Virus record (IMG/VR): IMGVR_UViG_3300033153_004214
Span: 1 to 64,000 of that record
Direction: 5' to 3' (one strand)
Length of the DNA: 64,000 bases
From: a virus
The notes beneath the pieces are model-generated. The model was not told the origin of the DNA, searched no databases, and saw only the letters and a program-made list of their open reading frames with translations. How positions within the stretch are numbered: position 1 is the stretch's first letter; each line of letters opens with the position of its first letter. This document shows, one piece after another, positions 18,755-25,588 of this stretch. The translations under genes and the position numbers were made by a program.

Positions 18755-19924
18755 ATGCCGGTGGGCGATTACAATCTCTACCAATACCTACCGTCCTATA
18801 TTCGTTTCAGGGACTCTAGGGAGAATGTAGACGCCGATGGTGGCCGTCCTGTTTTGGAGAAGCTTGTAGAGCTTATCGAGACGGAGACGGGGCTTACGTC
18901 GGATTTGATTACTGGCCTCATCACTAATATCGATGTTGATACGTGTCCACTGAGGTACATCGATTACTTGGCATGGCTCCTTGGAGAGCAAATACCCGGG
19001 GGTTGGAGTGATACAGATCGTAGGGAATTTCTTCGAGTCCTAGCTGATCTCCTCAAGCTGAAGGGTACCCATCAAGGTTTCGAGAAACGAGCAGCTTTTG
19101 CTGGGGAGAAGGCCGCTCGTTTGATCGAGTTGTTCAAGCACGAACTCTACGAACAATACATCTATTCACGAACCTCCAGTAGCTATTTTCCATACAAGTC
19201 TGCAAGAGTGGATGTCGCTCGGGTGGTGTGCGATACCTCTTGCGAATCCTTCTGCGAGTACCAGCAGGAACTAGATTATTTGACGCCGAAAGAGGGGCAG
19301 GCTCTGATCGATGAGATTGGAGAGACGTTACCCATCCATGTTCTTGTTCGCAAGTTAGCCATCCCGGTCGATATCTCTGATCAGTTCTCTACGCCTGCTG
19401 ATTCAATAGCTGGTTGCCTCATGTCGTGCCAAGTCTATTGTGAGGCAGGTTGCGAGGAAGAGGCACAGGTCTATGGTGGTTCAGAATGTCAGGCACGTAT
19501 TGGGAACAGTTTCCCTACAACGTTCGATACATTCCTCGTGACTACTGTTTGCGTGAGCTATTGTGAATCCGCGTGTCAGACTTGCTGTGAATGTGGTGAA
19601 GAGGGCACGTGTGAAACTGTTTGTGAGACGACTTGTCAGGCTACTTGCGAGGACCTTTGTCAGGAAGCCTGTATGGTGCAGGGTTGTCAGACGGATTGCC
19701 AATCAGGCTCCTGTCAAGAGGGGTGTCAGACCTCCTGTCAAGATGCTTGTGAGTCTGGGTGCGAGCCTATGCTTGAGGAAGGTTGTACTCAGTGTGAGAC
19801 TGCCTGTCAAGCGGCATGTGAGGCAGTGTGCCAAGTTACTTGTGAAACGGTTTGTCAGGATGCTTGTGAGCTTGAATGCCAGACAGGTTGTACGACTGCA
19901 TGCGAATTGGCGGTACAGACATGA
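18755..19924 (+). CDS. P2 gpI-like baseplate/tail protein with a cysteine-ladder C-terminus (paralogue 1)
   Basis: The N-terminal YQYLPSYIRFRD..LEKLVELIE..IDVDTCPLRYIDYLAWLLGE..W..RREFL..LLKLKGTHQGFE matches the Tail_P2_I family pattern. The last 128 aa contain 30 Cys (hand count), mostly as C-[EQ]-x-x tetrads. Confidence 0.7.
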   Translation: MPVGDYNLYQYLPSYIRFRDSRENVDADGGRPVLEKLVELIETETGLTSDLITGLITNIDVDTCPLRYIDYLAWLLGEQIPGGWSDTDRREFLRVLADLLKLKGTHQGFEKRAAFAGEKAARLIELFKHELYEQYIYSRTSSSYFPYKSARVDVARVVCDTSCESFCEYQQELDYLTPKEGQALIDEIGETLPIHVLVRKLAIPVDISDQFSTPADSIAGCLMSCQVYCEAGCEEEAQVYGGSECQARIGNSFPTTFDTFLVTTVCVSYCESACQTCCECGEEGTCETVCETTCQATCEDLCQEACMVQGCQTDCQSGSCQEGCQTSCQDACESGCEPMLEEGCTQCETACQAACEAVCQVTCETVCQDACELECQTGCTTACELAVQT

Positions 19925-21144
19925 CCGATCTATATAGATATTTGCCAAACTTTCTTCGGGCGAGGGATGCCTTCTATTCCGAAGGTCTTGATGAACCCGG
20001 TGACGACCCCATCTTGAAGCGGCTGGTCGAACTTATTGCGGACCAGTTTGATGAAACACATGAACTCATTCAGGAAATGTTCAAGATCACTGATACTGAT
20101 GAGGTGCCACCTGAGTATTTCAAGCATCTCTCTTACCTTATCGGTACTATGGTCGGTAGCGATGTCAATGAGGACTTTGCTCGTTACCTGATGCGGAATC
20201 TTGTCTACTTCTATAAGATCAAGGGTACTCACGAAAGTTGGCGGGTTAGTTGGACCCTACAGGGCGAGGCACCTCCCATTGTCCATGAGCTTTGGAAGCA
20301 AATACCGCAGGAGATCAAGAACTACAGTCTCGAAGAATCGCAGCAATTCCCTCTGAAATCGGCTCGTGTAGATTTTGGTGTATGCTCAAGTTCCTGCGAG
20401 TCTTTCTGTGAGACAACCTGTGAGTATTCGTGTGAGGTGGGTGATGAGACAGGGGACCTTGTTACCCGGACAGAAGGCAAGCGTCTTATCGGTCTTGTGG
20501 ATGATCAACGACCTATTCATGTGATCCTCCGTAAGGAAGTTTTGGATGTGCCGTTGCAGGACGGCATGGAGTTTCCAGAGGACATGATAGGCAACTTCCC
20601 TGTATCCTATGATGTAGATGTTTGGAAGGGCAGCGAGATTATTGGAGAACCTGAGGACGAATGGTTCTCCGGGCTGGATAGACTTGATGTTAAGGTGACT
20701 TGTGTCAGCGCCTGTGAGAGTGCTTGTCAGGGCTGCTGTGAGATTGATTGTGAGTGCGGTCCCTGCGAGCACACTTGCCAAGTAGGTAGCTGCGAGTTGA
20801 GTTGTACGGAGTCTTGCGAGGCCAATTGTGAATGGTCTTGTGAGAATACATGTCAGTTTGGTTGTACTAGTGCTGGTGCGGAAGGCCCGGGTGCCTGTCT
20901 TACTGATTGCCAGACTGAGTGCCAAGTTGATTGCCAGACTGAGTGCCAAGCTGATTGCCAGACTGAGTGCCAAGTTGATTGCCAGACTGAGTGCCAAGCT
21001 GATTGCCAGACTGAGTGCCAAGCTGAGTGTCAAGCTGAGTGTCAAGCTATCTGCCAGACTGAGTGTCAAACATTAACTTGTCAATTACAGGGTTGTGAAA
21101 TGGGGGGTTGTCAAACCTATTGTATGCATATTTTGCAAGAGTAA
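19921..21144 (+). CDS. P2 gpI-like baseplate/tail protein with a cysteine-ladder C-terminus (paralogue 2)
   Basis: ATG 19921 overlaps the upstream TGA (ATGA). The N-terminal LYRYLPNFLRARD..LKRLVELIAD..FKHLSYLIG..FYKIKGTHESW parallels paralogue 1. The last 151 aa contain 35 Cys (hand count), including 14 uninterrupted tetrads (CLTD CQTE CQVD CQTE CQAD ...). Confidence 0.7.
   Translation: MTDLYRYLPNFLRARDAFYSEGLDEPGDDPILKRLVELIADQFDETHELIQEMFKITDTDEVPPEYFKHLSYLIGTMVGSDVNEDFARYLMRNLVYFYKIKGTHESWRVSWTLQGEAPPIVHELWKQIPQEIKNYSLEESQQFPLKSARVDFGVCSSSCESFCETTCEYSCEVGDETGDLVTRTEGKRLIGLVDDQRPIHVILRKEVLDVPLQDGMEFPEDMIGNFPVSYDVDVWKGSEIIGEPEDEWFSGLDRLDVKVTCVSACESACQGCCEIDCECGPCEHTCQVGSCELSCTESCEANCEWSCENTCQFGCTSAGAEGPGACLTDCQTECQVDCQTECQADCQTECQVDCQTECQADCQTECQAECQAECQAICQTECQTLTCQLQGCEMGGCQTYCMHILQE
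20905..21072 (+). repeat. Coding tandem repeat: 5 x 24 nt (gattgccagactgagtgccaag[t/c]t) followed by four 12-nt degenerate units
   Basis: Units were read at 20905, 20929, 20953, 20977 and 21001; they are identical except for one t/c position. They are followed by gagtgtcaagct x2, atctgccagact and gagtgtcaaaca. Confidence 0.95.
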
Positions 21145-21161
21145 TACCAAAGGGGGGCGGG

Positions 21162-23537
21162 ATGGATCAGTACTTTCAGCTTACCAAGGGTTGTGGTGGT
21201 TATCCGGCTAAAGCTCCAGCAGAGCCAGAGTTTGTCAAGTATGACTTTAGGGGTAGGCATTATGTATGGGACCCCAACTCTATGGTGCTTGCTACGTATG
21301 AGGGTGAAATCCCTGAGATGCATCCTGTGGAGTGGAAGCCAACGTTTCGTCTTGCTAACGCCCCTGCTTGCCCGCACCTCGTTCTTGAGTTGACAGATGC
21401 GTGCAATCTTGCGTGTTCCTACTGTGTACCACCTGATTCACTAATAACTATGTCAGACGGTACGACTCGGCAGATAGGTAGCATACTTGTTGGTGACAAG
21501 GTGCTTGGTTTCAATGAAAGAAGTGCAAAAGGCAAGCATACTCGTTATGAAGAAGCTATTGTGCAGCGAGTTCTTAGGCGGCGCAGTAATTTGGTAAAGA
21601 TTACACTGGATAACGGTAGTACCTTAGTGAGTACACCAGAGCATCCTTGGTTCACAGGTCGATCTTTTGTTCCTCCACGTGTGGGTACCACTGTGTGGCA
21701 AGGGTTGCCAGCGCCAGAAGGTCCGTTATTCACCGAGGATTATTGGTTAGGTTGGTTGCAAGGTTTGGCTGCCGGGGGCGGTACATTTGTTGTTAAGGAA
21801 TACGGTTCTTACAAACGAAAGAATACCGTCCGTAAGCGTAGGTTGCATACTTGGTTTAGGCTTGCGTTGAAAGACGAAGAATTGATTGATCAGTTTTCGC
21901 GGGTAGCTGACCGGTTTGGTTGGACTCTGCATACATGTACACACGAAGGGTTACCGGCACTTCGTGTAGGAAAGGCTTCTGTTGTATTTGGGTTGATGGA
22001 ATCACCTGCTGAAGAATCTGATGAGTATGTTAAAGGATGGTTGGCAGGATTCTTTGATGCAGAAGGTTGCATTTCTGGTGGTTTGTGGTCTATAAGCCAA
22101 AACAAGGGTGAGCACTTGATTCGGTGCGTGGAGTATCTGCATCGGTTGGGTTTCAAAGTTCATGTTGACGATTATCGTAAGTGTCAGCGTGTTCGATTGC
22201 TTGGTAAATCTCAGTCTGCACGGTTTATTGCTATGATGCATCCGCAGTGTTTCAGAAAACGAAATTACTTACTTAATAAGACTGTGTATGGTACTAAGGC
22301 TAAGATAATCGCGGTCGAGGATATAGGTGAAGGTGACGTTGTTAACTTAACGACTTCTTCGAGGACCTATGTATCACAGGGTGCTTTGTGCCATAACTGC
22401 TTTGTTTCTGAGGATAATGCGAGGAGTAGGGCAAAGAAGACCATGACCTTTGAGACTGCTGTTGATGCGATCTCGAAGTTCTCCCTGCGGGTTGCTGCGA
22501 AGCCGACGCCATCACAGCCTGTTTCAATAGGATTCTTTGGTGGTGAACCGTTGGTGGCGGGTGCTCTTTTGCGTAAGATTGTGAAGTATGCGGAGGGGGT
22601 TTTTGGGGCGGGGTCTTGCCGGTTTCACTTGACGACCAACGCTACCCTTATCAACGAGGAATGGGCACAGTATATCAACAAGCACAACTTTTCTCTGATC
22701 GTCAGTATTGATGGACCTCAGCATGCTCATGATGCCACACGTAAGACTCATAGTGGTGACGGTTCTTACAGCAGGGTTATCAAAGCGTTGGAGTTGCTCC
22801 GAACCTATGCACCCCGGGCTATCAAAGCTACCACGTTGCGAGCTACCTTCACTCCGAATAGTAATTGTAGTTTGGTGGATCGGCTCAAGCACTTGAACCA
22901 CCTCTGCGATAGGGGCTTTGGTACTCATGTCTCCGTAGAACCGGCTTTTCTTGGGGAGCGTGTATGTTTTGACAAGTCTAAAGCAGGAGACCTCACGCCT
23001 GACCCTACTGTGCAAGAGCAGTGGTTGCAGGAAGCGCATGAAGCGGCAGACTGGTATATTGAAAGGATTCGAGAAGGCCAGAACCCTCCTCGCTATCATC
23101 ATTTTAGTATACATATTAAACGATTGTTGCAGGGGTATCCGCAGCCTACTGAATGCGGTGCAGGTAAAGGTTATTTTTCAGTTGGGGCAGATGGAACTAT
23201 TTATGCTTGTCATCGTGAAACAGCAACTATGATAGGTCATCTTGATTATGGCATTGATCACGAGTTGGCTGCACCTTGGCAGGATAATAGATATTACGCT
23301 CGTAAGGGTTGTACGGATTGTTGGATGCGGAATGTTTGTGGCGGTGGCTGTCGTGAGGTTGCCATGGTACAGAATGGTGATCTATCAGTTCCAGTTTCTT
23401 CGGAGTGTGCTTTTAAGGAACTCTGGTTCAAGGAGGCAGCACACATCATTGCTGAACTCAAGACGACGGAGTGGGTTCATCGAATGCCTTTCCTCAAGCA
23501 GGTTGTTGGTCTGGTCTCTCGGCGGCGAGTACGTTAG
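21162..23537 (+). CDS. Radical SAM / SPASM-domain enzyme (peptide/protein-modifying maturase type), interrupted by an intein
   Basis: ATG 21162 follows SD aagggggg. The extein reads ..LELTDACNLACSY|C FVSEDN.. (CX3CX2C is restored after splicing). The SPASM motif is C-x13-G-x4-C (ECGAGKGYFSVGADGTIYAC) plus C-x2-C-x5-C-x3-C (CTDCWMRNVCGGGC) plus a distal C (SSECAF). Confidence 0.8.
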   Translation: MDQYFQLTKGCGGYPAKAPAEPEFVKYDFRGRHYVWDPNSMVLATYEGEIPEMHPVEWKPTFRLANAPACPHLVLELTDACNLACSYCVPPDSLITMSDGTTRQIGSILVGDKVLGFNERSAKGKHTRYEEAIVQRVLRRRSNLVKITLDNGSTLVSTPEHPWFTGRSFVPPRVGTTVWQGLPAPEGPLFTEDYWLGWLQGLAAGGGTFVVKEYGSYKRKNTVRKRRLHTWFRLALKDEELIDQFSRVADRFGWTLHTCTHEGLPALRVGKASVVFGLMESPAEESDEYVKGWLAGFFDAEGCISGGLWSISQNKGEHLIRCVEYLHRLGFKVHVDDYRKCQRVRLLGKSQSARFIAMMHPQCFRKRNYLLNKTVYGTKAKIIAVEDIGEGDVVNLTTSSRTYVSQGALCHNCFVSEDNARSRAKKTMTFETAVDAISKFSLRVAAKPTPSQPVSIGFFGGEPLVAGALLRKIVKYAEGVFGAGSCRFHLTTNATLINEEWAQYINKHNFSLIVSIDGPQHAHDATRKTHSGDGSYSRVIKALELLRTYAPRAIKATTLRATFTPNSNCSLVDRLKHLNHLCDRGFGTHVSVEPAFLGERVCFDKSKAGDLTPDPTVQEQWLQEAHEAADWYIERIREGQNPPRYHHFSIHIKRLLQGYPQPTECGAGKGYFSVGADGTIYACHRETATMIGHLDYGIDHELAAPWQDNRYYARKGCTDCWMRNVCGGGCREVAMVQNGDLSVPVSSECAFKELWFKEAAHIIAELKTTEWVHRMPFLKQVVGLVSRRRVR
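21423..22397 (+). mobile_element. Intein (325 aa, with LAGLIDADG endonuclease) inserted in the CX3CX2C motif of the radical SAM gene
   Basis: Block A is CVPPDSLITMSDGT, block B is LVSTPEHPW, the LAGLIDADG motifs are WLGWLQGLAAGGGTF and WLAGFFDAEGCI, and the C-terminus is GALCHN followed by +1 Cys. Confidence 0.85.
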
Positions 23538-23547
23538 GAGTCAGTAA

Positions 23548-24597
23548 GTGCGTCATGCGGTCATCTGTCTTCGTGGACTACTAGGCGACTTCATCAGACT
23601 AGGTGGAGTGCTACGTCCCTTCATCGAGAGAGGTGACGAGGTTCATGTGTTCACAAGGAAGGATTTCACACCTGTTACGATTCTGCAGCACATCAAGGGT
23701 CTTTCAAGCTATCACCTGCTCACAGACATCCCTATTGACATTAATAGCATAGGTCAGTGCGACTTCCCTGTTAATCTACAAAGGGTTCCGTGGCTTTACA
23801 TGTTGGGTTTACTACGGATTGAGCACGCGGTGAATGTTTCTCATTTGATTGGTAACGATGGTGTTAATCATGAGTCGGTGGTCGTTAGTCCGCAGGAGTA
23901 TTTAGCCTCTTCATTGGGCGTACAGTATAATGACATCAACGTGGTTGATTGGGTAGTGTTTCCTGCTGAAGAATTGATGGCTAAGGTATGGTTGCGTCAG
24001 AATGCTCAAGGTGACGGTCCTTTGGTTGTGCTTCAAGTCCATTCTACTTCTGTCCAACGTCGGTTGCCGGTAGATACTGCCACTGCTCTTTACGATGCGT
24101 TGGTGAAGAGGGGTTACCGAGTTGTGGTTGCGTATCTTCCAAAGGACACTGCTGATTACACAGGATTTGTTATTCGACGTGCTAAGACGTTAGGGGGATT
24201 GCCATGGGGAGTGTCGTGCGCAGTGCTCAAGCAGGCGAGCTTGTGTATCTCAGTTGATACCGCAATTCTTCATATGGCAGCAGCCTTTGGTCTTCCTACT
24301 GTTGGTCTTTTTGGGCCGACTAATGGTGATGTCATTATGCGTCATTATCCAACAGCAGTTAATGCTGAACTTCCTGTGTCGATTCCGTGTAGGAATTGCT
24401 ACTATCGTTCGAGTTTTGGTGCTTCTGAGGAGTGCGCCAAGGCTGGATGTACCGTAATGGGTGCTCATACAGTAGAGTCGATCTTGACAGCAGTGGATTC
24501 GTGTTTGGGTGCGCGTTCGGATGTATCTTCTGATGTTGCTGTTTCAGTGGGTAGTTTGAGTGCAGCCAGCAGACAGAAGGTGCTGGGCAATGGTTAA
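23548..24597 (+). CDS. GT9 family (heptosyltransferase-like) glycosyltransferase with a C-terminal Cys4 motif
   Basis: Contains AVICLRGLLGDFIRL, LVVLQVHSTSVQRRLP and SVDTAILHMAAAFGLPTVGLFGPTNG. The Cys motif CRNCYYRSSFGASEECAKAGC (C-x2-C-x11-C-x4-C) lies at 24388-24450. Confidence 0.75.
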   Translation: MRHAVICLRGLLGDFIRLGGVLRPFIERGDEVHVFTRKDFTPVTILQHIKGLSSYHLLTDIPIDINSIGQCDFPVNLQRVPWLYMLGLLRIEHAVNVSHLIGNDGVNHESVVVSPQEYLASSLGVQYNDINVVDWVVFPAEELMAKVWLRQNAQGDGPLVVLQVHSTSVQRRLPVDTATALYDALVKRGYRVVVAYLPKDTADYTGFVIRRAKTLGGLPWGVSCAVLKQASLCISVDTAILHMAAAFGLPTVGLFGPTNGDVIMRHYPTAVNAELPVSIPCRNCYYRSSFGASEECAKAGCTVMGAHTVESILTAVDSCLGARSDVSSDVAVSVGSLSAASRQKVLGNG

Positions 24598-25588
24598 GAA
24601 AGCAGTAGTTCTTCGAGAGGCCGGGGGTCTTGGAGACGTTCTCCAATTGGGGTCCACTTGCGATCTGCTGAAGAATAGTGATTATCATGTATCCTTGTAC
24701 ATAATGAATGATCCTGAACTCATTGCTCTAGCTGCTGGTTTCAAGAATGTTGATGCGCTGCATCCTGTTCATGTCGTGAACCATATGAGAAGACCACGTA
24801 CTGTGAAGAGATACCGTTCATATGAATACTTGAATGACTTTGTAGAAGAAGCTGCGCATGCGGATGTTGTAGTAGATGCGTGGTGCCCTGCAGTACGGCA
24901 TGAAATACAGCATGCTCGTAAAGGTGTCTGTCCAACCCTCTCTAGGGCGCAGCTTTTCGCTGCTGAAGCTGGGTTTGATCCTTCCATGGTCCGACCTGCT
25001 GAGATAGACAAGACTCGCATGATGGCGGGTAACGGAGGTTTTGCTGACACTATACGTGGTATGTATGGTGATGAATGGATTCTGGTTCATTTGAAAGCAA
25101 GGGAACCAGCCCGCGCAGTTCCTGATGAACAAGCAAACGCCTTAATCTACCTGCTTGCTCAGAAGTGGACCGTAGTTGTCTTCGCGTACCCTGAACATCA
25201 ATGGGGTCAGATGCTTCAGCATGATAACGTCCATTGGTTTACTGCCTCGCAAAGTCAGCTAAATCACATCCGCTCTGTTTATGCTGCTTTTGCTCTATGC
25301 GAGCAGGCTATGGCAGCAGTGGTCGTTGACAGTTTTCTGCTCCATGTCTCTCAGTCTGTTGGAACACCGGCAGTGCTGTTGACTGGCCCTACTGATCCGG
25401 TACCCTTGACGGCCCATTACTCAGATGTTCACTGGGTCGAAAGGAGTATGGACAAGGCTCCCTGTGGTTCATGCTACTATCAGGCAAACATGGGTTTTTC
25501 CACAGCTTGTCGAGATAGAGGTTGTTTTCATCTATCAAGATTCAGCATGTCCAAGCTTATAGCCAAGGTTGAGGAGGTCGTAGGATGA
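24590..25588 (+). CDS. GT9 family (heptosyltransferase-like) glycosyltransferase with a C-terminal Cys4 motif (second copy)
   Basis: ATG 24590 overlaps the upstream stop. Contains VVLREAGGLGDVLQ, ILVHLKAREPARAVP and VVDSFLLHVSQSVGTPAVLLTGPTDP. The Cys motif CGSCYYQANMGFSTACRDRGC, with identical spacing, lies at 25463-25525. Confidence 0.7.
   Translation: MVKKAVVLREAGGLGDVLQLGSTCDLLKNSDYHVSLYIMNDPELIALAAGFKNVDALHPVHVVNHMRRPRTVKRYRSYEYLNDFVEEAAHADVVVDAWCPAVRHEIQHARKGVCPTLSRAQLFAAEAGFDPSMVRPAEIDKTRMMAGNGGFADTIRGMYGDEWILVHLKAREPARAVPDEQANALIYLLAQKWTVVVFAYPEHQWGQMLQHDNVHWFTASQSQLNHIRSVYAAFALCEQAMAAVVVDSFLLHVSQSVGTPAVLLTGPTDPVPLTAHYSDVHWVERSMDKAPCGSCYYQANMGFSTACRDRGCFHLSRFSMSKLIAKVEEVVG

Noticed and set aside
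20905-21072. Regular 24-nt direct repeats that could be mistaken for a CRISPR array.
   Set aside because: The repeats are directly adjacent with no spacers, are in frame within a long ORF, and encode the CQTECQxD protein repeat.
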